Source of the DNA: Escherichia phage Esco_phi_B-01
Direction: 5' to 3' (one strand)
Sequence record: OP292222.1
Length of the DNA: 64,000 nucleotides
The notes beneath the pieces are model-generated. The model was not told the origin of the DNA. It saw nothing but the letters and a program-made list of their open reading frames with translations, and did not search any database. The stretch's first letter is position 1. Each line of letters opens with the position of its first letter. A program made the translations under genes and the position numbers. Shown here piece after piece: positions 16,410 to 25,117 of the stretch.

Positions 16410-17582
16410 ATGTCTGATTTAAAATCCCGTTTGATTAAAGCTTCTACTTCTAAAATGACTGCCGACCTGACCAAATCTAAATTGTTTAATGGTCGTGACG
16501 AAGTTCCTACTCGTATTCCTATGCTTAATATTGCATTGGGTGGTGCGTTGAATGCAGGCTTACAATCAGGTTTGACAATCTTTGCTGCACCGTCTAAACA
16601 CTTTAAAACGTTGTTTGGATTAACTATGGTTGCGGCATATATGAAGAAATATCCAGACGCAATTTGCTTGTTCTATGACTCTGAATTCGGTGCTTCAGAA
16701 TCTTATTTCCGTTCAATGGGTGTTGACCTGGAACGTGTGGTTCATACGCCAATCCAGTCAGTCGAACAACTGAAGGTTGACATGACCAACCAATTAGAAG
16801 AAATTACTCGTGGCGAAAAGGTTATTATCTTTATCGACTCCATCGGTAACACTGCTTCTAAGAAAGAAACCGAAGATGCTTTGAACGAGAAAGTTGTAGG
16901 TGATATGACTCGTGCTAAGTCTCTGAAATCTCTGTTCCGTATCGTAACACCTTATCTGACTATCAAGGATATTCCTTGCGTAGCAATTAACCATACGGCT
17001 ATGGAAATTGGTGGAATGTATCCTAAAGAGATTATGGGTGGCGGTACTGGTATTCTGTACTCTGCTTCTACCGTATTCTTTATCTCTAAACGTCAGGTTA
17101 AAGATGGTACCGAGCTCACTGGTTATGACTTCACCCTGAAGGCCGAAAAATCTCGTACTGTTAAAGAGAAATCAACGTTCCCAATTACTGTGAACTTTGA
17201 AGGTGGTATCGACCCATTTAGTGGTCTGCTCGAAATGGCTACTGATATTGGCTTTGTTGTGAAACCTAAAGCTGGTTGGTATAATCGTGCATTCCTTGAC
17301 GAAACCACGGGTGAAATGGTTCAAGAAGAAAAATCATGGCGTGCTAAAGCTACCGATTGTGTCGAGTTCTGGGGACCGCTGTTTAAACATGCTCCATTCC
17401 GTGAAGCAATCGAGAATAAGTATAAGCTCGGTGCAATTAATTCTATTAAAGAAGTCGATGATGCGGTGAACGACCTTATTAACTCTCGTGTCTCTAAGAA
17501 CGTTGCAGTTAAATTGAGTGGCGACACTCAAAGCGCAGCTGATATCGAAAACGATTTAGAAGAGATGGATTTAGATGACTGA
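16410..17582 (+). CDS. uvsX: UvsX recombinase (RecA-like)
   Basis: N-terminus MSDLKSRLIKASTSK identical to T4 UvsX; conserved throughout. Confidence 0.95.
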   Translation: MSDLKSRLIKASTSKMTADLTKSKLFNGRDEVPTRIPMLNIALGGALNAGLQSGLTIFAAPSKHFKTLFGLTMVAAYMKKYPDAICLFYDSEFGASESYFRSMGVDLERVVHTPIQSVEQLKVDMTNQLEEITRGEKVIIFIDSIGNTASKKETEDALNEKVVGDMTRAKSLKSLFRIVTPYLTIKDIPCVAINHTAMEIGGMYPKEIMGGGTGILYSASTVFFISKRQVKDGTELTGYDFTLKAEKSRTVKEKSTFPITVNFEGGIDPFSGLLEMATDIGFVVKPKAGWYNRAFLDETTGEMVQEEKSWRAKATDCVEFWGPLFKHAPFREAIENKYKLGAINSIKEVDDAVNDLINSRVSKNVAVKLSGDTQSAADIENDLEEMDLDD

Positions 17583-17904
17583 TTTATCTGATTTAGATAA
17601 TTTTGTTAAAGATACTGAAGAGGGTCCTAGTGACCCTCGTTATTATGAGAAATCGTTAGATATAATCCGTAAGTCAATGGGTTCTGTTAAGCAGGAAATT
17701 ATGCTTACATTACCTGATGGCACTGCTCACATCGTTTATGTGATGAATATTGTTATTGAGAAAGATGGAAAAGTGTCGGTTGATTTCGGAACGCCTTCCG
17801 AAGACCGAAAAGAAGAGCTAGCGCTTCATGTAGAAAAATGTGTTACAATGCAAATACAAGAAGAACTGGATAAAATTAAATCTAAGAGGTGGTGGAAGTG
17901 GTAG
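17575..17904 (+). CDS. 40: gp40-like protein (name by position between uvsX and 41)
   Basis: 109 aa ORF overlapping both neighbours; positional assignment only. Confidence 0.5.
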   Translation: MTDLSDLDNFVKDTEEGPSDPRYYEKSLDIIRKSMGSVKQEIMLTLPDGTAHIVYVMNIVIEKDGKVSVDFGTPSEDRKEELALHVEKCVTMQIQEELDKIKSKRWWKW

Positions 17905-19328
17905 AAACTATTTTGGCTCAACTGCTAGGCAATAGTGATTATTTCACTAAGGTCTGGCCTTATATGAATGATTCTTATTTTGACCAGGGTCCGGCAAAGA
18001 CCCTTTTCAAAGAAATCAAAAAACATGTCAATGAATATAATGCGGTGCCTTCTAAAAATGCTTTGAGTATTGCATTAGATAACAGCACCCTTTCAGAAGT
18101 TGAACATCAAGGAGCTAAAGAGCTTTTAAATTCTCTGAATGCAGGCCCTGAAGACCAAGAATGGTTGGTTAAAGAGACAGAGAAATATGTTCAGAAGGCA
18201 GCGATGTATAATGCCACTTCAAAAATTATTGAAATTCAAACTAATGCCGACCTTCCGGTTGAGCAACAAAATAGAAAACTCCCAGGTATTGGTGCTATTC
18301 CAGATATCATGCGTGATGCATTATCGATTTGTTTCGATTCTGAATTAGGCCATGACTGGATGGATGACTATGAAGAACGTTTTAAAAGTTATTCTGATAA
18401 AGCACGTAAGGTTCCATTCCGTCTTAATATTCTGAATAAGATTACTAAGGGTGGCGCTGAGTTTGGTACTGAAAACGTATTGTTAGCAGGAACAAACGTA
18501 GGTAAGTCTCTGGGTCTGTGTTCATTGGCTGCTGATTACCTTCAATCCGGTTACGATGTTCTTTATATCTCCATGGAGATGGCAGAGGAAGTATGTGCTA
18601 AGCGTATCGATGCTAACCTTCTAGATGTATCACTGGATGATATTGATGATGGTCACGTCTCATGGCCTGAATATAAAGCCAAGATGGATAAGTGGCGTTC
18701 AACTGCTACTTTAGGTCGTTTAAAGATTAAACAGTATCCTACTGGTGGTGCTAATGCCGATACATTCCGTGCATTATTAAACGAATACAAGCTCAAACAA
18801 AACTTTGTCCCACAGGTCGTTATCGTCGACTACTTGGCCATCTGTGCTTCATCCCGTACGAAAGTTTTCTCTGAAAACAGTTATGGATTGATTAAGATGG
18901 TTGCCGAAGAACTACGTGGACTTGCAGTAGAGAAGAAATTATTGTTGTGGACTGCAGCCCAGACTACTCGTGGCGCGAACGTTGCAGCCGAAATCGATAT
19001 GGCTGATATCGCTGAATCCTTTGGTATTGCACATACTGCAGACTTCATGTTAGGTGTGGTCGAGACAGAAGAGTTTGCTCAGATGGGTATGCAGATGGTT
19101 AAGCAGCTTAAATCCCGTTATGGTGATAAGAGCTACTACAACAAATTTAAGATTGGTGTTAAGAAAGGAAACCAGCGTTGGTATGAAGTTGAAGACGATT
19201 CTAACCCAGGCCCAGTGAACACCGTTCGTGAGGCTACAGGTGAAATGAATCGCCAAGCAGAGGTCAATCGTCAGTCGCGTGTTAATAGAAGCGATTTAGA
19301 CGATTTAGCAGCATCTATCAAATTTTAA
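17889..19328 (+). CDS. 41: gp41 replicative DNA helicase (DnaB-like)
   Basis: GTG start aligning MVEVV.. to T4 MVEII..; Walker A GTNVGKS; C-terminus like T4 gp41. Confidence 0.93.
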   Translation: MVEVVETILAQLLGNSDYFTKVWPYMNDSYFDQGPAKTLFKEIKKHVNEYNAVPSKNALSIALDNSTLSEVEHQGAKELLNSLNAGPEDQEWLVKETEKYVQKAAMYNATSKIIEIQTNADLPVEQQNRKLPGIGAIPDIMRDALSICFDSELGHDWMDDYEERFKSYSDKARKVPFRLNILNKITKGGAEFGTENVLLAGTNVGKSLGLCSLAADYLQSGYDVLYISMEMAEEVCAKRIDANLLDVSLDDIDDGHVSWPEYKAKMDKWRSTATLGRLKIKQYPTGGANADTFRALLNEYKLKQNFVPQVVIVDYLAICASSRTKVFSENSYGLIKMVAEELRGLAVEKKLLLWTAAQTTRGANVAAEIDMADIAESFGIAHTADFMLGVVETEEFAQMGMQMVKQLKSRYGDKSYYNKFKIGVKKGNQRWYEVEDDSNPGPVNTVREATGEMNRQAEVNRQSRVNRSDLDDLAASIKF

Positions 19329-19349
19329 GGAGCTTCGGCTCCTTTTTTG
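19328..19349 (+). terminator. intrinsic terminator (aggagc-ttcg-gctcct + T6)
   Basis: UUCG-loop hairpin plus T run immediately after gene 41. Confidence 0.65.
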
Positions 19350-19357
19350 TTTTAAGG

Positions 19358-19386
19358 GTTTACTTCTCCTGTAGGCATGATACTAT
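19358..19386 (+). promoter_or_regulatory. T4-type early promoter (GTTTAC - 17 - TGaTACTAT)
   Basis: consensus -35/-10 and conserved leader atagacctgtcaactaatggag. Confidence 0.65.
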
Positions 19387-19412
19387 AGACCTGTCAACTA
19401 ATGGAGAACAAA

Positions 19413-19730
19413 ATGAAAACCATCGACTGTAAAGCGGAATATAAAGTGTATTACCATGGAAGTTGTAGTGTTGCTAATATTGGTAATATGCTTTGTCCTC
19501 CTGAGGAAACAGGAGTTCTGTCTGAAACTGGTCGTAAGAAAAACCTGAACCGTGTGTTCTTTACTGAAGATATTGGTTTGGCTAAGATTTATGCTGGCCG
19601 AGCTGCTCGTTCGGTGGGAGGAGAACCTCGTCTTTATCGTGTAATTGCTCCGGTAGATGTGGTTTGTTTAAATGATACCAAAGGCGCTACGGTTTATCAC
19701 GCTGAATGGGCCTTCTGTGAGGAAATCTAA
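19413..19730 (+). CDS. hypothetical protein (105 aa) with HGS...Y...E spacing
   Basis: ORF track; start moved to the ATG that follows RBS ggaga. Confidence 0.5.
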   Translation: MKTIDCKAEYKVYYHGSCSVANIGNMLCPPEETGVLSETGRKKNLNRVFFTEDIGLAKIYAGRAARSVGGEPRLYRVIAPVDVVCLNDTKGATVYHAEWAFCEEI

Positions 19731-19934
19731 ATGTTTAAATTAGAAATCGTAGTGTTTATTGGTTGGTTTGAAAATGGTAATATGTTTACCAAAGAAACTG
19801 CGCTGGATGTTAGTGACCAAAAAATGATTGAATGGGTTACAGTGCAGTATGCAGAAGTGAATAATGCACTGGTGAAAGCCTTTGTTAATGACAATAAAGT
19901 TTTTGAATATGATGCCCGCATTGAGGAAATCTAA
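19731..19934 (+). CDS. dmd: Dmd-like antitoxin (inhibitor of RnlA/LsoA toxins)
   Basis: VVFIGWFENGNMFTKE...QYAEVNNALVKAF matches remembered T4 Dmd (VVFMGWFKNESMFTKE...QYAEVNKALVKAF). Confidence 0.6.
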   Translation: MFKLEIVVFIGWFENGNMFTKETALDVSDQKMIEWVTVQYAEVNNALVKAFVNDNKVFEYDARIEEI

Positions 19935-20075
19935 ATGGAAGAGGTTGAATGTGTAGTATGTGGTTGTTCGGTATGTGAAGACCAGGCGGTATTTGATGCT
20001 TGGGACAACGCAACTTGTTTAGACTGCGATAGCGAATACGAAGAAATTGCTCATAAACATGAAGACGAGGAATAA
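19935..20075 (+). CDS. small Cys-rich zinc-ribbon protein (46 aa)
   Basis: CVVCGCSVC...CLDC four-Cys pattern; RBS gaggaaa; acidic tail. Confidence 0.4.
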   Translation: MEEVECVVCGCSVCEDQAVFDAWDNATCLDCDSEYEEIAHKHEDEE

Positions 20076-20315
20076 ATGAATATTGTATTAATGAAGCCGA
20101 CCTCTAGCTCTTTTTGGAATAAATCTTTTGGTAAGCATAATATGTTTATCCAACGCACCGTAAGCAGCTGGGAACTAGTTCTTTCAGTCGGTCACAACGA
20201 TTATGAACAAGAATACGTAGAGTTCTTCGAATTTCCTGTGAAGCCTACTAAGCGTCAGATTCGTCAGACCAAACATAAATTCCGTAAAATTTATTTGGAA
20301 GATTCATTAAAATAA
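20076..20315 (+). CDS. hypothetical protein (79 aa)
   Basis: ORF track; directly follows the upstream stop. Confidence 0.5.
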   Translation: MNIVLMKPTSSSFWNKSFGKHNMFIQRTVSSWELVLSVGHNDYEQEYVEFFEFPVKPTKRQIRQTKHKFRKIYLEDSLK

Positions 20316-20316
20316 A

Positions 20317-20346
20317 GTTTACAACGGTCTATGGTAGTGATACTAT
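20317..20346 (+). promoter_or_regulatory. T4-type early promoter (GTTTAC - 18 - TGaTACTAT)
   Basis: consensus plus conserved leader atagacctatcaactaatgaggag. Confidence 0.65.
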
Positions 20347-20374
20347 AGACCTATCAACTAATGAGGAGTTAAAA

Positions 20375-20668
20375 ATGAAAAAGTTATTAATCGCAGCAAT
20401 CCTTACAGTAGCATCATGTGGTACAGCTCCAGTTACGGCTGGATTGGATAAAGACCTTTGTGAATGGTCTATGACCGCAGACCAAGAATCAGTTGAACAT
20501 CAGATTTACGCTGATATCATGAATATCACTAAACGTGACCGTCCTGATATGGTTAAAGAAGTATCTGACCAATTGGCTTCTAGCGGTGTTATGCAGTATA
20601 ACTATGTTCTGTACTGTGATGCTAATTTCGATAACAAAAATATTGTTAAAGAGGTGATAGGTGAATAA
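20375..20668 (+). CDS. sp: Spackle-like periplasmic protein (Sp)
   Basis: 97 aa with signal peptide; DKDLCEWSMTADQ...VMQYNYVLYCD resembles remembered T4 Sp. Confidence 0.5.
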   Translation: MKKLLIAAILTVASCGTAPVTAGLDKDLCEWSMTADQESVEHQIYADIMNITKRDRPDMVKEVSDQLASSGVMQYNYVLYCDANFDNKNIVKEVIGE

Positions 20669-21101
20669 GATTAACAGAAATTTGGTTATCAAAAAGCTCC
20701 GTTGCAAAAATCCAAATGCACAAGCATACAGGATGTTTTGGAGCGACGACCACCAGTACCTGGGTTATTTTCTTGTTGATAGTGATGATAGAATTACAAT
20801 GGCCCATAAACTTCTTAACAGAGAATTAAACCATTGGCAAGAACTTATTGCGGTAAGGTCTAAATTATTTTCATGTAATGCAATGCATCAATTGGTTTAT
20901 TTTTTCGCTGAAGGTATTCCTGACAAGGTTGAGTTTGATGGATTCGAATTTAAAGATATCCACCCGGACAACGAATTGAACGACCGCGTTAATATGGATA
21001 TCCCTAGCAAGTATATCAAAAACAGTCTGTTGAAAATTCTGGAAGCTCCGGTTTATTCAATTGACGACCAGATTTTTAATGCCTTTATGAACCGAGGTTA
21101 A
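20661..21101 (+). CDS. hypothetical protein (146 aa)
   Basis: ORF track; GTG start preceded by aaagagg. Confidence 0.5.
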   Translation: MNKINRNLVIKKLRCKNPNAQAYRMFWSDDHQYLGYFLVDSDDRITMAHKLLNRELNHWQELIAVRSKLFSCNAMHQLVYFFAEGIPDKVEFDGFEFKDIHPDNELNDRVNMDIPSKYIKNSLLKILEAPVYSIDDQIFNAFMNRG

Positions 21102-21102
21102 T

Positions 21103-21294
21103 ATGACTGCAATGTGTACGGGCTCTAAGATTTCTGTATTCGAACTGTTCGAAGAATATGAAATCGTATCAAAAGACCAAGAAGCTATCCATATTATTGC
21201 CGGTGATGGCGTAACTTGGATTATCCCACTTTACCACGAAGATACATATGAAGTCACTGATGCAAATGGTGATAAAGCTATTTTCGTAATATAA
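21103..21294 (+). CDS. hypothetical protein (63 aa)
   Basis: ORF track; start 2 nt after upstream stop. Confidence 0.45.
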   Translation: MTAMCTGSKISVFELFEEYEIVSKDQEAIHIIAGDGVTWIIPLYHEDTYEVTDANGDKAIFVI

Positions 21295-21297
21295 ATA
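21290..21297 (+). promoter_or_regulatory. T4 late promoter box TATAAATA
   Basis: exact TATAAATA 14 nt upstream of the ATG at 21311. Confidence 0.45.
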
Positions 21298-21310
21298 AGG
21301 CCAGGAGCCT

Positions 21311-21472
21311 ATGAAATCTTTTAAAGAAGTTATGAACGAAGATATGGTCGCAGGCGATGCTGGTGGAAATCCATCTAATATTGCCTCCGGAACTACCTCA
21401 GGCGCAGTCGTCAACAAAGGGCCTGAACAAATCCCATCTAAAAAGCGTAAAGAAAAATCCGAAAACGAATGA
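21311..21472 (+). CDS. small Gly/Ser-rich protein (53 aa) with basic tail
   Basis: RBS aggag; preceded by a late-promoter box. Confidence 0.4.
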   Translation: MKSFKEVMNEDMVAGDAGGNPSNIASGTTSGAVVNKGPEQIPSKKRKEKSENE

Positions 21473-21510
21473 TATAATGGCTCTATTAATTTAGAGCCCA
21501 AGGAAAAATA

Positions 21511-22539
21511 ATGTCATATGTCGATAGAGAATTTGCTGTACGTGCCTTGAATTACCAACCTAAATTCAGACAAGTAACTGGTAGTGATTTTAAATTAAAC
21601 TGTCGTTGTCGTGTATGCGGCGACTCCCAAAAGGATGAGAACAAAGCTCGATTCTGGGCCTATCCAGCCAATGACGGCTCTGTAATGCTACACTGTTTTA
21701 ACTGTGATTATTCGGCAGGAATTAAGAAGTACCTATACGAATATGAGCCTGATTTATATCGCGAATATATTCTTGAGAAACATAAAGAGCAATCGTTCGG
21801 GAGACAAGCTGCGCCTAAGGTGGAGATATCTGAAAAAATTAAAGCTAAGATGCCTGTCATTGAAAAGCTTAATTTCTGTGAACGATTAGATAGAATGCCG
21901 AAAGACCATCCTATTATTAAGTATGTAACTCTGCGGTGCATTCCTGAAAATAAATGGAATCGGTTATGGTTTACTAAAGAATGGCCTGCATTGGTGAATT
22001 CTGTTAATCCAGGGACATATTCCAAAGAAATGCCTGAACCACGTTTGGTTATTCCAATTTTCAATAAGAATAAACAAATTGAAAGTTTTCAGGGCCGAGC
22101 CTTACGTAAAGATGCTCCACAAAAATATATTACAATAAAAGCTCATGACCAAGCTACAAAAATATATGGAATGGATACAGTTGACGAACGTCAATTGGTG
22201 TGGGTAATGGAAGGTCCTATTGATTCATTATTCGTACCTAATGCAATAGCAATTACTGGTGGGTCGTTGGACTTGGCTATGGTTCCATGTAAAGAAACTC
22301 GTGCCTGGGTAATGGACAATGAACCCCGTCATCCTGACACAATTAAGCGTATGCAACGATTAGTTGATGCCGGCGAAAGGGTCCTATTCTGGGACAAGGC
22401 CCCATGGCCTTCTAAAGATATAAATGATATGGTTATGAAAGATAAAGCTGATATAAATGATGTATTGGCATATATGAAAGCTAATATAGCCCAAGGGTTA
22501 ATGGCAAAAATGAGGCTTTCAAAATATTCTAAAATTTAG
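21511..22539 (+). CDS. 61: gp61 DNA primase
   Basis: 342 aa; zinc-ribbon CRCRVCGD...CFNC; C-terminus NIAQGLMAKMRLSKYSKI matches T4 gp61. Confidence 0.92.
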   Translation: MSYVDREFAVRALNYQPKFRQVTGSDFKLNCRCRVCGDSQKDENKARFWAYPANDGSVMLHCFNCDYSAGIKKYLYEYEPDLYREYILEKHKEQSFGRQAAPKVEISEKIKAKMPVIEKLNFCERLDRMPKDHPIIKYVTLRCIPENKWNRLWFTKEWPALVNSVNPGTYSKEMPEPRLVIPIFNKNKQIESFQGRALRKDAPQKYITIKAHDQATKIYGMDTVDERQLVWVMEGPIDSLFVPNAIAITGGSLDLAMVPCKETRAWVMDNEPRHPDTIKRMQRLVDAGERVLFWDKAPWPSKDINDMVMKDKADINDVLAYMKANIAQGLMAKMRLSKYSKI

Positions 22540-22736
22540 ACAGGAACTCCGCTAAAGAATCCAATTATGCTTAATACGTGTTCCATTGTAACCGCTGGTA
22601 AAATTACCCCTTGGCTAGCGGCTACAGGAACTACTAAAAGATTCCAAAGGAATACGTCTAGCGCAAGAAAACCTAACATCATTTTCTTGTCTTTCTTTTC
22701 AGCCAATTTCCAGATTTGGTAAAAAATACTACCCAT
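22536..22736 (-). CDS. small membrane protein (66 aa) on the opposite strand
   Basis: strong minus-strand RBS AGGAGGA 5 nt before ATG; amphipathic N-terminus then TM segment. Confidence 0.5.
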   Translation of the reverse strand: MGSIFYQIWKLAEKKDKKMMLGFLALDVFLWNLLVVPVAASQGVILPAVTMEHVLSIIGFFSGVPV

Positions 22737-22765
22737 GTTATCCTCCTGTTAAATTAATATTTATT

Positions 22766-22789
22766 CGCTTTAATCTAGCAGTTTATAAT
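22766..22789 (+). promoter_or_regulatory. MotA-type middle promoter for gene 56 (cGCTTTA - 11 - TATAAT)
   Basis: MotA-box-like element with one mismatch, -10 TATAAT. Confidence 0.4.
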
Positions 22790-22830
22790 TATCTAACTTA
22801 CTAACAAATGAATTGATAAGGAAAAATATA

Positions 22831-23352
22831 ATGGCTCATTTTAATGAATGTTCTCAACTGATTGCCGGTGCCGATAAAGCTGAAGAAGCTTATTTTAATG
22901 CTCTGATTCACGAAGATAAAGACCCTCTGCAGGTTATGCTTGATATGCAGAAATCTTTGCAGGTTCGTTTAGCTAAAGATAAGCCTGAATATAATCGTCA
23001 TCCTGATGATTTGGCCACTGCGGGTGAAGTTGTCGATTGGCTTCGCAACCAGAAAGATTATATTGATGACGAATTCCGTGAACTTCTGACTTCTCTTGGT
23101 GGTATGAGCAATGGTGAAAAAGATGCATCTGCAGTATGGAAGCCTTGGAAAGCTCAACATGCTGAACGTCGTGAAACCCTGATTAACGATTTGTCTCCTG
23201 AAGACCAGCTCGAAATTAAATTCGAAATGATTGATATTCTGCACTTTGTTCTGAATATGTTCCAGGGTCTTGGACTGACTGCTGAAGAAATCTTTAAACT
23301 GTATTATCTTAAAAATGCCGAGAACTTTGCTCGTCAAGACCGAGGTTATTAA
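22831..23352 (+). CDS. 56: gp56 dCTPase/dUTPase (MazG-like)
   Basis: MAHFNEC...DPLQVMLDMQ...IDDEFRELLTSLG...EIFKLYYLKNAENFARQDRGY closely matches T4 gp56. Confidence 0.85.
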   Translation: MAHFNECSQLIAGADKAEEAYFNALIHEDKDPLQVMLDMQKSLQVRLAKDKPEYNRHPDDLATAGEVVDWLRNQKDYIDDEFRELLTSLGGMSNGEKDASAVWKPWKAQHAERRETLINDLSPEDQLEIKFEMIDILHFVLNMFQGLGLTAEEIFKLYYLKNAENFARQDRGY

Positions 23353-23354
23353 GT

Positions 23355-23362
23355 TATAAATA
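23355..23362 (+). promoter_or_regulatory. T4 late promoter box TATAAATA upstream of soc
   Basis: exact TATAAATA about 30 nt before the soc ATG. Confidence 0.6.
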
Positions 23363-23393
23363 CACCTGTAATTAAACAACAAAGGAGTTAATT

Positions 23394-23627
23394 ATGGGTG
23401 GTTTCGTTAATATCAAAACCTTTACGCATCCAGCTGGTGAAGGTAAAGAAGTTAAAGGTACTGAGGTTTCAGTTCCGTTTGAAATCTATTCAAATGAGCA
23501 TCGTATTGCCAATGCTCATTATCAGACTTTCCCTTCGGCCGTTGCAGCCTATACTACTGTAGTGACTGATGCAGCCGATTGGCGAACTAAGAACGCGGCG
23601 ATGTTTACGCCTACCGATATTGTTTAA
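23394..23627 (+). CDS. soc: Soc small outer capsid protein
   Basis: GFVNIKTF...AHYQTFPS matches T4 Soc; late promoter upstream; RBS aaaggag. Confidence 0.8.
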   Translation: MGGFVNIKTFTHPAGEGKEVKGTEVSVPFEIYSNEHRIANAHYQTFPSAVAAYTTVVTDAADWRTKNAAMFTPTDIV

Positions 23628-23632
23628 TTATA

Positions 23633-23656
23633 AGGAACCTTCGGGTTCCTTTTTTC
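23633..23656 (+). terminator. intrinsic terminator (aggaacc-ttcg-ggttcct + T6)
   Basis: GC stem, UUCG loop, T run. Confidence 0.7.
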
Positions 23657-23665
23657 GTTTTAGTA

Positions 23666-23695
23666 GTTTACTTTACGAGTAGGCCATGTTAAGAT
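23666..23695 (+). promoter_or_regulatory. T4-type early promoter (GTTTAC - 18 - TGtTAAGAT)
   Basis: -35 consensus with weaker -10. Confidence 0.5.
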
Positions 23696-23721
23696 AGATG
23701 TATCTTATAGAGGAGAACACT

Positions 23722-23931
23722 ATGTTAAATCGTTGGATTAAACCAAATAAAACTTTGGATGAAATTATCGCTAATCACGTATTGAAAAAGTACTTCTATA
23801 CTCCTTGGTATACCGAAGTTATTGTCCATTCATTTATGATGCATGAAGACGGTTCTATCGAATTTAACGCCGAAATCCGTCACGAGACTGATGATATTGA
23901 TAAAGTTGAATTTAAACGAGGTTTCCTATGA
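23722..23931 (+). CDS. hypothetical protein (69 aa)
   Basis: start after RBS aggag; the track ATG at 23698 lies inside the promoter. Confidence 0.5.
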   Translation: MLNRWIKPNKTLDEIIANHVLKKYFYTPWYTEVIVHSFMMHEDGSIEFNAEIRHETDDIDKVEFKRGFL

Positions 23932-24275
23932 TTCAGTGGCTTAAGAATTTTTTCAAAATTAGACCGGGCGAAGGCGCGGTCCCTATTAGGCCTTCAGATG
24001 TCAAGCTAAGAGAATATGTTTATATGGGCGACGGTATGATGGAAGAAGTTATCCGTCAGCCTGAAAAAGCAGGCAATGTTGGGTCTCACGCTTCGAGCTT
24101 AAATGCCGACGAATTAAAAGCCCGTTTAGAAAAATTAAAAGACGAGCGAGCGCAAAGGCAAAATTATATTGATACCACTCCTATTATGGTTGCGGCTGCC
24201 GTTAGTTCTTGGACCGGCGATTCGTCTTATTCTGACTCAGGAAGCTGTGACTCATCGTCCGGCTCGTGTGATTAA
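23928..24275 (+). CDS. hypothetical protein (115 aa) with Ser/Cys-rich C-terminus
   Basis: ORF track; ATGA coupling. Confidence 0.5.
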   Translation: MIQWLKNFFKIRPGEGAVPIRPSDVKLREYVYMGDGMMEEVIRQPEKAGNVGSHASSLNADELKARLEKLKDERAQRQNYIDTTPIMVAAAVSSWTGDSSYSDSGSCDSSSGSCD

Positions 24276-24475
24276 TGAAACCTTTATCATGGCTTAAAGA
24301 TTGGCTAGACCGTCCTGGTGATTATCTTGATGACGGTTGGTTAGACCAAGCTAATGCAGAAATGAAACGTGAATCCGAGGAATGGATTCTTAAAGGCATC
24401 CGTGACGAACGCGAAAAGAAATTAGAACGCGAGGCCCTTAGGATTATGCGTGATATCTATGGGGACAAATCATGA
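24275..24475 (+). CDS. hypothetical protein (66 aa)
   Basis: ORF track; TAATG coupling. Confidence 0.45.
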   Translation: MKPLSWLKDWLDRPGDYLDDGWLDQANAEMKRESEEWILKGIRDEREKKLEREALRIMRDIYGDKS

Positions 24476-24625
24476 CTATTGGAGAAGCTGAAGCACGTAC
24501 TAAAGAGGCAATGGATTTGCTTCTTAAAATTGGTAGTAAAATGATGGAAGAAAACGAGAAATACATCCAGGAAAATAAAATTCCGGATGGTCCTTTAGTA
24601 GGTAAACTAAAAAGAGGAAAACATA

Positions 24626-25117
24626 ATGAAAGTCTATGAACTCGAATTCCATGTACGTGATTCATCAGGCCAAACGCGTCCTTATGATGCTACGGCGTGT
24701 CTTATCTTTGTCGACAATGGTATGAATTCTATAACCCAGTTAGAAACACGATTAAAAGATATTAAGCTGCCAGAAAATATTCTGATGAAGGCTTACCATA
24801 ACAAAAATGTTGATGTCGCTGAGGGATGCCCTTTTAGTGTGGCTCAAGCCTTGCATATCAAAGGCTATCGTTACCCGGCAGACCCTTATGCCGAAGGAAC
24901 AATGGATATTTTCTATAAAGATAGAGATAGAATGGCTACTGAACGTCTTAAAGGTCGTACTTATCTGATTTCTACCGTCGAAGACCTGACGGAGGTAGAA
25001 TGTCAGATTTGGAAACACTTTGATATTGGTTTGCGTTTTACCCCGACCGAAGAAGCTATTCGTGATGCTAAGTTACGAGCTCGTATGTATGGTTATGGTC
25101 CTATCGGTGGTTACTAA
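24626..25117 (+). CDS. hypothetical protein (163 aa)
   Basis: ORF track; RBS aaaagaggaaa. Confidence 0.55.
   Translation: MKVYELEFHVRDSSGQTRPYDATACLIFVDNGMNSITQLETRLKDIKLPENILMKAYHNKNVDVAEGCPFSVAQALHIKGYRYPADPYAEGTMDIFYKDRDRMATERLKGRTYLISTVEDLTEVECQIWKHFDIGLRFTPTEEAIRDAKLRARMYGYGPIGGY

Noticed and set aside
16377-16412. Duplicated gaaaaatataatg immediately upstream of uvsX, with a 9-codon upstream mini-ORF
   Set aside because: Could be a leader peptide or just a duplicated RBS; no evidence for function, so not annotated as a gene.
19401-19403. ATG inside the conserved early-promoter leader (ctatcaactaATGgag), used as the start in the ORF track; the same situation occurs at 23698, 12003 and 41037
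   Set aside because: This ATG is part of the repeated leader and precedes the Shine-Dalgarno sequence; the start was moved to the first ATG after the RBS.
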